A stretch of 62,778 nucleotides of DNA from an uncultured Bacilli bacterium (GCA_947628745.1 CANRBB010000001.1:1-62778); one strand, 5' to 3'. Counted from the stretch's first letter, positions 40,174 to 50,088 are shown. The notes: a model not told the origin generated them from the letters alone. Made by a program: numbers and translations.

Positions 40174-40884
40174 ATGAGAATTATTGCTGAGGGTGGAGTA
40201 ACAACTAAAAATGTGGCCTCTAATTCTAGAGACGCTATTTTATTAACAGTATATTCTAATTTTGCAAACGGTATCTCCTTAAATATTGATTATACAAAAG
40301 ATAAAGATATTGTAATTGCTGATGTAAACCAAATTAGTATGATTACTAATGGAAAAAACAGTTTTGAAGATACTCCTTCTAGAACTGTTTTGGGACATAA
40401 TGTTGGTAATAAAGTAGTTAGTCATAATTTACTGACTTTAGACCAAGCATTAGATATTTTTAAAATTAGTACTAAAATTTTTATGTTGAAAATTAGAGGG
40501 GAATTGTTAGAAGACCAAGAATTTGTTGACAAACTCGTCTCTTTACTTGATAAGTATCCCACAGTAGAGGCATACGTTTCTAGTACGAATACTAATAAAT
40601 TAACTGACATGATGAATATGAAACTTAAGGCTTTAATTGGAGTTTGCATTGACAAAAATAATATCGAAGCACTTAAACTTAATTATGATTTTTATTGTTT
40701 AACTGTTAATACTATTGATAAAGATATAGTTGCAAAAATATTTGACAATAATAGGGCTGTACTAGTTAATGAAGTTAATACCACTGAACAGCTTACTAAA
40801 ATAAAAGAGTTATTGCCAAAAAGTCAATGTAATGTTATGTATATAATTACACAGAATTATGTACCTTTGTTACCTATGTTGTAA
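40174..40884 (+). CDS. Hypothetical protein; possibly a glycerophosphodiester-phosphodiesterase-like fold with substituted catalytic residues
   Basis: IAEGG...NSRDAI...NGISLNIDYTKDKDIVIADVN aligns by eye with GDPD IAHRG...ENT...GADxIExDVxxTKDGxxVxxHD, but His/Glu are replaced. Confidence 0.35.
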   Translation: MRIIAEGGVTTKNVASNSRDAILLTVYSNFANGISLNIDYTKDKDIVIADVNQISMITNGKNSFEDTPSRTVLGHNVGNKVVSHNLLTLDQALDIFKISTKIFMLKIRGELLEDQEFVDKLVSLLDKYPTVEAYVSSTNTNKLTDMMNMKLKALIGVCIDKNNIEALKLNYDFYCLTVNTIDKDIVAKIFDNNRAVLVNEVNTTEQLTKIKELLPKSQCNVMYIITQNYVPLLPML

Positions 40885-40896
40885 TATTAATAATTT

Positions 40897-40917
40897 TTTC
40901 CACAATTACTGTGGAAA
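40897..40917. terminator. Bidirectional terminator between convergent genes; stem TTTCCACA/TGTGGAAA (CCACA-N5-TGTGG family)
   Basis: 8-bp perfect stem and 5-nt loop, flanked by T-runs on both strands. Confidence 0.6.
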
Positions 40918-40919
40918 TT

Positions 40920-42872
40920 TTAGTTTTCTGATTTTAATTCGAATATTAGATCTCTTAATTCCATAGCTCTTTCAAAGTCGAGATTCTTTGCCATTTCTTT
41001 CATTTCTCGTTCTAAGCTATCTATTGTTTTTTGAATCTCTTTCTTTGTCTTTTTAGGTTTATCTTTAGTCGTACTAGTATCAACATTAGAGATTACTTCG
41101 CGAATATCTTTAATAATGGTCTGAGGAGTAATGTGATGTTCCTGATTGTATTTTTCTTGGATATTTCGTCTTCTTTGCGTTTCTTCTATGGCGTTTTTCA
41201 TGCTGTCGGTCATGTGATCTGCATACATAATAACGTGCCCGTTAGCATTCCTAGCACAACGTCCAATTATTTGAATGAGACTTCTCTCACTTCTTAGGAA
41301 ACCTTCTTTATCAGCATCTAATATAGCTATAAGAGATACTTCTGGTATATCGATTCCTTCTCTTAACAGATTGATGCCAACCACAACGTCATATTTTCCT
41401 ACTCGAAGGTCATGAATAATTTGGAGTCTTTCTAGAGTCTTTATTTCAGAATGAAGATAGGCTACCTTAATATCAATCTCTTTTAGATAATTAGTTAATT
41501 CTTCTGACATTCTGATGGTTAAGGTTGTCACTAGAACTCTTTCATTATGGGCAATTCTCTCTTTTATTTCATTTACTAAATCATCAATTTGATTGGTAGT
41601 TGGTTTTACACAAACAGTAGGGTCCAAAAGCCCAGTAGGGCGGATGATTTGTTCTATATACTGATGATTTGTTTTTTCTAACTCGTAGTCTCCTGGAGTT
41701 GCGGAAATATAGATGGCTTGTTTAATTTTATTTTCAAATTCAGGAAACTTAAGCGGTCTGTTATCGAGAGCACTTGGTAGGCGGAATCCAAAATCAACTA
41801 GATTCATTTTTCGAGCTCTATCACCATTGTACATTCCGCGGACTTGAGGTAAAGTGACATGTGATTCATCAACGATTAATAAATAATCATCACCAAAGAA
41901 ATCCATTAATGTAGTTGGTGTTTCCCCTTCTTCTCTACCGGCCATATGTCTTGAATAGTTTTCAATTCCACTACAAAAGCCTGTTTCCTCTAGCATTTCT
42001 AAATCATAGTTAGTTCTCTGTTCTATTCTTTCTGCCTCTAAAGGTTTGTTGTTTTCTTTGAAATAACGAATACGGTCTTCTTTTTCTTTTTCTATTCTTT
42101 TGATTGCGGCGTGTAATTTTTCATCGCTTATAACGAAATGGCTGGCAGGAAAGAGACTGATATTCTTTTTACTTTGGGTAGCAATGCCAGTCAGAGCATC
42201 TATTTCATTGATACGGTCTATTTCGTCTCCAAAAAATTCTATTCTGTAACCAGTCTTATCTTGAGAAACGGGTATTATCTCTAAGACGTCTCCTCTTGCC
42301 CTAAAAGTTCCACGTTTAAAATCAAGGTCATTTCGTTCGTAGAGCATATCTACTAACTTAGTCATGACTTGTTCTCTGGTGATGATTTGGCCCACAGAAA
42401 GGGTCAACATTTTATTGCGGTATTCTTCGACTTCTCCAATACCATAAATACATGAAACACTGGAAACCACAATGACATCATTCGTAGATAAAAGGGCACT
42501 AGTTGCAGCATGACGTAATTCATCTATTTCATCATTGATTGAGGAATCTTTTTCAATGTATGTATCAGTGCTTGGAACATAAGCTTCTGGTTGGTAGTAA
42601 TCATAATATGATACAAAATACTCTACCCTATTTTCAGGAAAAAGCTCTTTAAATTCTGAATACAATTGTCCAGCAAGAGTCTTATTATGAGCAAGAACTA
42701 ATGTTGGCTTGTTTACTTGGGCAATTACATTGGCGATTGTAAAAGTTTTTCCAGTTCCCGTTGCCCCTAGTAAAACTTGGTGTTTCTTGCCTTCTTTAAT
42801 TCCTTGAACGAGTTTTTCTATTGCTTGTGGTTGGTCTCCATTTGGTTTAAATTTTGAGTGAATTTTAAACAT
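40920..42872 (-). CDS. uvrB: Excinuclease ABC subunit B
   Basis: [15 protein letters not shown], and a C-terminal UVR motif. Start at MFKIHSKF (42872) after AGGAAGGAGG; the track extension is not UvrB-like. Confidence 0.95.
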   Translation of the reverse strand: MFKIHSKFKPNGDQPQAIEKLVQGIKEGKKHQVLLGATGTGKTFTIANVIAQVNKPTLVLAHNKTLAGQLYSEFKELFPENRVEYFVSYYDYYQPEAYVPSTDTYIEKDSSINDEIDELRHAATSALLSTNDVIVVSSVSCIYGIGEVEEYRNKMLTLSVGQIITREQVMTKLVDMLYERNDLDFKRGTFRARGDVLEIIPVSQDKTGYRIEFFGDEIDRINEIDALTGIATQSKKNISLFPASHFVISDEKLHAAIKRIEKEKEDRIRYFKENNKPLEAERIEQRTNYDLEMLEETGFCSGIENYSRHMAGREEGETPTTLMDFFGDDYLLIVDESHVTLPQVRGMYNGDRARKMNLVDFGFRLPSALDNRPLKFPEFENKIKQAIYISATPGDYELEKTNHQYIEQIIRPTGLLDPTVCVKPTTNQIDDLVNEIKERIAHNERVLVTTLTIRMSEELTNYLKEIDIKVAYLHSEIKTLERLQIIHDLRVGKYDVVVGINLLREGIDIPEVSLIAILDADKEGFLRSERSLIQIIGRCARNANGHVIMYADHMTDSMKNAIEETQRRRNIQEKYNQEHHITPQTIIKDIREVISNVDTSTTKDKPKKTKKEIQKTIDSLEREMKEMAKNLDFERAMELRDLIFELKSEN

Positions 42873-42919
42873 TTTTTCCTCCTTCCTGTGACTTATTATA
42901 ATTACTATCAACCTTTCAT

Positions 42920-42991
42920 TCGTCCCCAAAAAATCGTCCCCAAGCGAATATTTTTGCATGGTTAATAGTTAATTTTTTGATTGGGGCGAAT
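42920..42991. repeat. GC-rich 10-12-mer in three copies upstream of uvrB (two direct, one inverted)
   Basis: TCGTCCCCAA at 42920-42929 and 42934-42943. The inverted copy TTGGGGCGAAT lies at 42981-42991. Confidence 0.75.
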
Positions 42992-43426
42992 AAAAGTCAC
43001 AAATTTCATTTTTAAGAATAAATAACACTAAATAATATTAGATAATATTAAAAGGTTTTCTGTTTACTTATTTTAGCATTTTTGCAATGAAAAAACAAGG
43101 TAAGCAAAATACTTATCCTTGTATTATTGTATTCATTTCTAACTTGTCAATACTACTGTTTCTTTTATTAAACTATTTATAATATTATCAATTTCTTTAT
43201 CATCACTAAAATTAAAAGATAGAAAACTGTTTCTGGTGATTCAATTTCTCTTCTATAATCTCATTTTTATTAGGTCCTTTGTAATTCAAAAATTACTGTA
43301 TATTATATCCTAATCCATAATATTGTGACAAATTTTCCTTCAATATAAAAGGTTCATTTTATATATTGTAACTATTGTCTTCAATGCTGAATCAGTTTTT
43401 TAATCTAAAATACTCCATATCAATAT

Positions 43427-43504
43427 AAATTTTAAGTAATACTATAAGCATATATAAAAGTTAAGCATATATAAAAGTTTTTGTTTTATTTCAATAATAT
43501 TTCC
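43427..43504 (+). repeat. Conserved bipartite intergenic element, copy H (diverged)
   Basis: aaattttaagtaatactataagcatatataaaag, then aaagtttttgttttatttcaataatatttcc. Confidence 0.45.
43446..43479. repeat. Perfect tandem duplication, 17 bp x2 (AAGCATATATAAAAGTT)
   Basis: Verified base by base; inside element copy H. Confidence 0.95.
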
Positions 43505-43573
43505 TAAATAATAAAATTATAACAAAACAGCATGAATTTTAAATTTGCAAAAAGAAAAGCTCACAATTTGGGC

Positions 43574-46168
43574 TTATTTCTTTTTTGGTGATAATGTCAA
43601 AACTAATTCTGTATCGCTATCACTTTTTCGGTTTTGATAAAATCTTTTGTTTTTTCTTACTTCTTCAAAAATTTTTTTAGTATGTTCAGTTTTATTTTTA
43701 CTTCTTTCAACTGATTTAAGGAATGTATCTCCTTTATCATAACTTCCCTGAGTATAAAATTCTCGTGCATAAATAAGTTTGATAATATCAACTTCTTCTA
43801 AAGATAATCCTAATTGTTCGCAAGCAGTTTCTACATCTAATCCTGATTCAATAATAAAGGAATCTATTTCGGAAAAATTATCAATTCCGTAATTATCACT
43901 TACATCATTGTAATCAAAATCTTCTTGAGTCATTCTAAAACGAGGTTTTCTATCTTCTTTTGATATATCTCCTTTTAATTGAGCAATAAGATCAATAAAA
44001 TCCAAATCTACATTTTCTTTTTTTGCTAAATCATTTGCTATTGTTAAATAATCTATTGCTAAAGGAATTTGCATATTTTTCATATATGCTAATCCTAATT
44101 TTGCATAAACGAATGCTTTAGGATTATCAAAGAATTGAAGTACTTGTAAATAATCTGCTATACATTCATTATAATTTCTTTCTTTATATGCTTGATTTCC
44201 TAAAGTGATAAAATTTTTAGCATCAACGCATTCATTAATGGTTGGTTTATATCTTAAAACTACTTGTTGTTTATTTTCTTCTCCAATTACAAATGCTACC
44301 ATATCTGGATAATTTTCAACCATTGCAAATATTCTATCTATTCTGCTATCATTCATATTTCTTAATAAAATTGCACCTTTTTTATCTAGTAATTCTTCAT
44401 ATTTCTTATCCATGAATTCTTTTTCAGAATCTCTTTTCTCCTGAGTTATTTTTTCTTTTTGAATTGGTCTAGATGTTTGGACTTGAACTTCTGGTTGAGT
44501 TTGTATTGGTTTAGATACTTGAACTTGAGCATCTGGTTGAGTTTGTATTGGTGCCTCTACTGACTCCTTTTTTGGTACACTATAAACTGTTTGTGATTGA
44601 AGGGGTGCTGAAAAATTTTTTTTGCTATTTTCTAAAGCATCATCTACTGGATTTAATGCTACATTATTTCTTTTATAATCTAATATTTTTTCTGATGAGG
44701 CTAAAACTTGATATAAACCATCAGTAATAATACAGTCTTGGCCAAGTTTGTTTCCTTTTGAAATTATATCTAAATATATTCTTGCTTCTTCAAATTTATT
44801 TTGAGATAAGTTAATATAAAACTCTTGAATATAAGTAGAAATATCAAATGAATAACTTTCTCTACTAATTAAAGTTAAAGCTGTCATGGGCTTTGTGAAA
44901 GCTACATCTTTCTCCAATAAACTTATTTTGATAAGATTAACAATTAAAAACTCATAATCGCTTTTATTTAAACTTGCCAAATAAGCTCTTAATGTTCTAA
45001 AAGAATTATCGAAGTCATTATTCATTAAAAATTTAATAATATCTGCAAATGATGATGTTCCAATATTTAATGATGATTTATGTTCAATATCACTAGACGT
45101 TTCAGATGGTTCATTAGTTTTTTCTGAAATAGTAACAGATGTTCTCTTTTGTTCTTTTCTATCATTGTCATTTAATTCTCTACATTTACTAACTATTTCA
45201 TCAAGTAAAAGGTAAAAGTTATTATCATCGTTATTAACATTAAGTTTTTGATTTCTTGCAGTAGCCAAAGATAAAGCAAGTTCATAATTTTTACCATCTA
45301 TTGCTTCAAAAATATCTTCTGTACTAAATATCTTTTTTTCTGGAATATCATTAGTCTGAATAATATTTAATAATTCATTTGCTAGAATTAATGTATAACT
45401 ATCTAATATACTTAAGTGATGAAAGGACTGCATTCTTTGATAGAATTCAATTATATCTTCAAATTTCTTTTGTTTAATTAAGTTAACTACATTACTTCTA
45501 TTTTGAATTTGAACTTCATTAGCTTGTGTAAGTAATGTTTTAGTTATTATATCTTGAACGCTTAGCCTTCCTTTTTCGTTTATCGCTTCATTTAATTGTT
45601 TAGTCGCTAAAGCGAATCTTTGATTTAGAGCGGATAATCTTACCTTATTTTGTAAATGAACATTTGTATATCTTTTATCCTTAAAATCAACTCTAAAATC
45701 TTCGAATTTTAAGAATTTAGCATATTCTCTATGATTTTCTGGAAGTGGTGTAATCATACTTAGCAAATATAAATAAAAATTACTATCGGCATTATAAAAC
45801 TCATCTTCACTATGATAGAAAATGTCAAAGTATTCAAAGGCTTTTTCGTAATCTTTATTCTGAATACATCTTAAAAATAGTTGGAAGCATACTCCTGTAT
45901 GTGTTGGATCTATTTCAAAACATTTTTGGAAACATTGAGTAGCTTTATCATATTCCTTTTGAGCAATTAATTGCTTACCATAATAAAATAATTCATCAAC
46001 TGATTTTAAAGCATATAATCCTCTCTTTACCCTAATAATACTACCTTGTTCAATTAAATCATTTAAATCTTTAGAATTAAAGCCAAGACTATTTAATTCT
46101 TTAGTCGTTAATTCAACACCTTCTAAAACATCTTTGTATAATTTATTTAAATTTTGTTCATTAATCAT
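43574..46168 (-). CDS. Large TPR-repeat protein (864 aa) with an N-terminal AbiEi-like winged-helix segment and a Pro/Gln-rich repeat linker
   Basis: N-terminus LTTKELNSLGFNSKDLNDLIEQGSIIRVKRGLYAL. Multiple TPR-like Y/A/F-periodic helices. Internal repeat PIQTQP(D/E)xQVQ x2. Confidence 0.6.
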   Translation of the reverse strand: MINEQNLNKLYKDVLEGVELTTKELNSLGFNSKDLNDLIEQGSIIRVKRGLYALKSVDELFYYGKQLIAQKEYDKATQCFQKCFEIDPTHTGVCFQLFLRCIQNKDYEKAFEYFDIFYHSEDEFYNADSNFYLYLLSMITPLPENHREYAKFLKFEDFRVDFKDKRYTNVHLQNKVRLSALNQRFALATKQLNEAINEKGRLSVQDIITKTLLTQANEVQIQNRSNVVNLIKQKKFEDIIEFYQRMQSFHHLSILDSYTLILANELLNIIQTNDIPEKKIFSTEDIFEAIDGKNYELALSLATARNQKLNVNNDDNNFYLLLDEIVSKCRELNDNDRKEQKRTSVTISEKTNEPSETSSDIEHKSSLNIGTSSFADIIKFLMNNDFDNSFRTLRAYLASLNKSDYEFLIVNLIKISLLEKDVAFTKPMTALTLISRESYSFDISTYIQEFYINLSQNKFEEARIYLDIISKGNKLGQDCIITDGLYQVLASSEKILDYKRNNVALNPVDDALENSKKNFSAPLQSQTVYSVPKKESVEAPIQTQPDAQVQVSKPIQTQPEVQVQTSRPIQKEKITQEKRDSEKEFMDKKYEELLDKKGAILLRNMNDSRIDRIFAMVENYPDMVAFVIGEENKQQVVLRYKPTINECVDAKNFITLGNQAYKERNYNECIADYLQVLQFFDNPKAFVYAKLGLAYMKNMQIPLAIDYLTIANDLAKKENVDLDFIDLIAQLKGDISKEDRKPRFRMTQEDFDYNDVSDNYGIDNFSEIDSFIIESGLDVETACEQLGLSLEEVDIIKLIYAREFYTQGSYDKGDTFLKSVERSKNKTEHTKKIFEEVRKNKRFYQNRKSDSDTELVLTLSPKKK

Positions 46169-47169
46169 CTTTTTATACCTCCCTGTAATCTTTTAAGTTT
46201 CAGTTGTTCACTTGTTGAAAATCCTTCTTTATCAAATTCATCTGATAATGATACTGGATACATGGTAATTATATCTTTTGTTCCAATCATGGTAACAACG
46301 CATAAATCACTTGTAATTAATTCACCTTTATACCCAATTGGCGTATCTAGTTTAAATCTATACATATCTGAGCTCTCAAAATGATTTCCATTCATATTTT
46401 CAATTATTTCTCTTGCATCTAACAATAATTTTCTTATGTCAGTATATTCAAAGAAACAGCCATTTGTTGCTTTTTCTGATTGATTTTTATGTTTTTCTAT
46501 ATGAGATAGTAATGTTTCTTCGCTATGATCAAATAATCTATAGATTGCGTAATCTTTTTCTGGATTATATATGTTATCAGATACTTTTAATTGTCCTAAA
46601 AAATATTTTATATAGGCATTTAAAAATCTATAATGCTGTGTCTGGCTTGGATTTAATTTAGATTCGTCGATTTTCAACATATATTGTTGTGCGTCATAAA
46701 ATCTTTTTTCAAGAATACTTAAACAAGTTAATCCTATTGTAGATTGAATATAAAATCTAGGATTTAATTGAAGTGTTTGGTACATTTTTGATGCAACATC
46801 ATAATTGCCGGTTTGAATATATAGTTTTGCCAAAGCAATAAGTGATTTATATTGCATATCTGGAGTAAGCATACATTCACTATAATATTTTTTGCTTTGT
46901 TCAAAATTATTTTCTATATTTTCTAATAGTCCATATATGTATTTTAAAACAGGGCTATTTATATCTTGATTGTTATTTAAAATTTTTCTTGCTTTAGCAT
47001 ATTTTCCTTCTTTAATTTCAATTCTAATAAGTTTATATAAAGATGCTATTCTAAAATTATCATCTTGAGAAGAAATTTCAAACCAATATCTAGCTTTTAT
47101 ATAATCATTATTTTGCCAACATTCTTGACCATTAAAAAACGCCTGTTTGGAATTTATATTTGAAGTCAT
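46165..47169 (-). CDS. TPR-repeat protein (334 aa) with an unassigned C-terminal domain of about 110 aa
   Basis: Start at MTSNINSK (47169), 4 nt after GAGGGGAGGTG. 4-nt overlap (ATGA-type) with the downstream 864-aa gene. Confidence 0.6.
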   Translation of the reverse strand: MTSNINSKQAFFNGQECWQNNDYIKARYWFEISSQDDNFRIASLYKLIRIEIKEGKYAKARKILNNNQDINSPVLKYIYGLLENIENNFEQSKKYYSECMLTPDMQYKSLIALAKLYIQTGNYDVASKMYQTLQLNPRFYIQSTIGLTCLSILEKRFYDAQQYMLKIDESKLNPSQTQHYRFLNAYIKYFLGQLKVSDNIYNPEKDYAIYRLFDHSEETLLSHIEKHKNQSEKATNGCFFEYTDIRKLLLDAREIIENMNGNHFESSDMYRFKLDTPIGYKGELITSDLCVVTMIGTKDIITMYPVSLSDEFDKEGFSTSEQLKLKRLQGGIKR

Positions 47170-47435
47170 TTCGCACCTCCCCTCAAATAAATTTTCAAAG
47201 TACTTCACTTTGTGATTTTTATATCACCTAAAATTGCTTTATATAATACAATATTTTGGGATAAACAGCAACCTAATGGAAAGAAATTATTTGAATAATA
47301 TACCATTAAATAAGCCGACAATTGAAACACTATCTCTTAAAGTGAAATACTTCGAGATTATTTTATTAAAACAAATTATATTCTAATTAATTTAAACAAG
47401 TACCAAATATACTAATTAAAAATTATTTGGTATTT

Positions 47436-47678
47436 TTATTTTTGAATATTTGGATTCTTTATAGACACTATTTTTTCTTTTTCTACTTCATCAGTTGCTA
47501 TCGCAATTGCATTATCTATGAAACTATTTCTGTTTTCTTTATATACTAATAATACTCTCTTGGTTGTTTCTATTACTTCTGATGACTCTATTTCTAAAAA
47601 CTCAGAAATAGCTTCGATCGAAAAGTATTTACCATTTATATATCCTAATTTTAATGATATAATTACTGCCTCGTAATT
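47436..47678 (-). pseudogene. Start-less 80-codon open frame; HTH / sigma region-4-like C-terminal fragment
   Basis: Hand translation: NYEAVIISLKLGYINGKYFSIEAISEFLEIESSEVIETTKRVLLVYKENRNSF...IQK*. No ATG/GTG/TTG occurs before codon 71. Confidence 0.3.
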
Positions 47679-47760
47679 TTATTATAAGAATACTTAGTAT
47701 CTTGTTTACAAAAAGCGTCTTGATTAATATTCTAGCACTTTGGTTTATTTTAGTAAATAG

Positions 47761-47810
47761 CTTTGAAATTTATCCTCAAGATAAGCTTTGAAATTTATCC
47801 TCAAGATAAG
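47761..47810. repeat. Perfect tandem duplication, 25 bp x2 (CTTTGAAATTTATCCTCAAGATAAG)
   Basis: Verified base by base. Confidence 0.95.
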
Positions 47811-48012
47811 TGTATGAAATTTGCAATTATTGAGTCCGCCTGTTGTACTTTTAACTTCTTGACTTTAAAAGCCGTTATAAAATTTTGAAACTTATTTGTA
47901 TTTATTTTATTTATATAAATATCTGTTACTTCAAACATTCTCTTTATTTTTCTAATTTTTTACACTATTTATGACTATTTAATCTTCTTTTTATTCTTTT
48001 TGTTGTATCCAA

Positions 48013-48041
48013 AAACACATGATTTTAAATTTCATGTGTTT
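48013..48041 (-). terminator. Possible terminator downstream of the histidine kinase gene
   Basis: Perfect 10-bp inverted repeat AAACACATGA/TCATGTGTTT; the minus strand continues with TTTTGG. About 175 nt after the stop. Confidence 0.4.
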
Positions 48042-48216
48042 ATCATGGAAAGTGTTGCTATATAAATTATTTTATTGAATAACTAGATTCAACAAATAAC
48101 TTAATTATAAATCATAAGATTTTTTCAATTTTCTAGCACACCAATAATTACTACATATTTCCCATTTTGAGGGTACTAACTATATGTTCAATTTGCTAAT
48201 TTGATGTGTTTAGAAT

Positions 48217-50088
48217 TTAGTTATCTATAAATATAGCATCCAGTTTTTCTTTGATTTCATTTTTGGTAAATGGTTTAGCGATATAATCTACAAATCCTTC
48301 GGAAACGTATCTTTCCTTAGCACCTGATAAAGCATCGGCTGTTAAGGCTATTACTGGGATATTAAACTCTTGGTTTGCTTTTAGCTTACTTAAAGTGGTC
48401 TCACCACTCATTTCTGGCATCATAATATCCATTAAAATTAAATCATATGTCGCTCCTTCGTTTATTTTAGTTAGGCATTGCTCTCCACTTTCACATTCTT
48501 CTACGATGAATCCTAAACTTTCTAAATGTTTTCTTGCTACTTTGAGATTTAATTTGTTGTCATCTACTACTAATATTTTCTTATTATTATTTTGTTTTTC
48601 TTCTATATTACTTGCTTTTGATTCTGTATCTTTTATTTCTGTTTGTTGAATACTTTCCTTTTTAGGAGTTGGATTCACCATTTTGCTTATTTTTTGTGGA
48701 ATTTGTACTACAAATAATGAACCCTTTCCAAATTGAGATTGGACATTGATATGCCCTCCCATCATGTCAACCAATGCTTTCGTGATGGCAAGGCCTAAGC
48801 CTGTTCCTTCGGCTGTGGTATTTTTTTCGACATCAAGTCTTTCAAATTTAGAAAATAATTTATGGATATATTCTGCTTTTATTCCTCTACCAGTATCTTG
48901 AACACTTATAATTAAAATACAATTATTATTTTGATTGATACATTTGGTATTGAAAGAAATTGTTCCTTTTTCTGTGTATTTAATAGCATTGGTAAGTAAA
49001 TTATTAACCACTTCTTTGATATGAGCTTTGTCTCCTAATAATTCAAAGGGAATATCTGGTGCGAAGTTCATTGTGAAGTCTATTGGCTTGTCTCCAATTC
49101 TTGTTGCTGTAACACGTACCATTTTTGTTATTTCCTCTACATAATTATATGGCACTTCTACTATTTCCATCTTTTCACTTTCAATTTTATTTATATCTAA
49201 AATATTACCTACTATTTCTAGTAATGTTTGTGATGCGTTTTGGATATCTTCTGTATCTTCTACTACTTCTTTTGGAACTTCTGCTTTATAACTTGCGATA
49301 TCTTCTGAAAGTCCTACTATTGCATTTAGTGGGGTTCTAATTTCGTGTGACATACTTGATAAGAAATCACTTTTGGCTCTATTTGCTTTTTCGGCTGTAT
49401 TTTTGGCCAGTTCCATTTCTCTTAACATCTTTAAATCTGGATTTTCTATTGTAAAATACATTGTATAGCATATAAACGTTCCTATCATATTTGTAATTAA
49501 AATACTAGGATCTATTGAATTTAGTAATGTCATGAACACTAAACATATAATTACAAAATATATTGGCAAATACTTTTTATCTTTTACTTTTTTATGATTT
49601 ATTAATAATAATACTATATATAAACAAATTTGTATAACAATATAACCTTTTAGTATATTAAGTGCTAATCCTTCTATATACATTTTTGATGTATCATAAT
49701 ATCTGTTATATGGCGCAATAAATAATATTATCATGATAATTGTCTGAATTACACCTACACATATTTTACTTATTTGAATTTTCTTATCATAATTTTCTTT
49801 TGATTTATTAAAGCAAATAATAAATACATACATTGTGAATAAAGAATAAGATAGTGCTATTGAAATTAAATACAATCTACAAATGCTATCGACAAGTATA
49901 TAATCTATTCCAAGTGTCCTAACCAGTATTTGTAGTGGAATCTCAATTATATAGCCTAATAAATTAGTCATAACAATATATTTAAAGGCTTTATTTTCTT
50001 TAGAATCTACAACCTCTTTTGAATAAAAAACTGCGATTAAAAGTATTATAAATATAACACCAGTTATCAAATAAATCAAATTCCACAT
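48217..50088 (-). CDS. Hybrid sensor histidine kinase (6-7 TM sensor, HisKA, HATPase_c, C-terminal receiver)
   Basis: H-box SHEIRTPLNAI, DTGRGI, GTGLGLAI. REC domain with ILVVDDN and LILMDIMMP. Confidence 0.9.
   Translation of the reverse strand: MWNLIYLITGVIFIILLIAVFYSKEVVDSKENKAFKYIVMTNLLGYIIEIPLQILVRTLGIDYILVDSICRLYLISIALSYSLFTMYVFIICFNKSKENYDKKIQISKICVGVIQTIIMIILFIAPYNRYYDTSKMYIEGLALNILKGYIVIQICLYIVLLLINHKKVKDKKYLPIYFVIICLVFMTLLNSIDPSILITNMIGTFICYTMYFTIENPDLKMLREMELAKNTAEKANRAKSDFLSSMSHEIRTPLNAIVGLSEDIASYKAEVPKEVVEDTEDIQNASQTLLEIVGNILDINKIESEKMEIVEVPYNYVEEITKMVRVTATRIGDKPIDFTMNFAPDIPFELLGDKAHIKEVVNNLLTNAIKYTEKGTISFNTKCINQNNNCILIISVQDTGRGIKAEYIHKLFSKFERLDVEKNTTAEGTGLGLAITKALVDMMGGHINVQSQFGKGSLFVVQIPQKISKMVNPTPKKESIQQTEIKDTESKASNIEEKQNNNKKILVVDDNKLNLKVARKHLESLGFIVEECESGEQCLTKINEGATYDLILMDIMMPEMSGETTLSKLKANQEFNIPVIALTADALSGAKERYVSEGFVDYIAKPFTKNEIKEKLDAIFIDN

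Noticed and set aside
43087-43182. A 31-aa plus-strand ORF, MKKQGKQNTYPCIIVFISNLSILLFLLLNYL, resembling a type I toxin (charged N-terminus plus one TM).
   Set aside because: There is no Shine-Dalgarno sequence or recognisable promoter. In DNA this AT-rich, hydrophobic mini-ORFs arise easily. It is worth only a glance in RNA-seq data.
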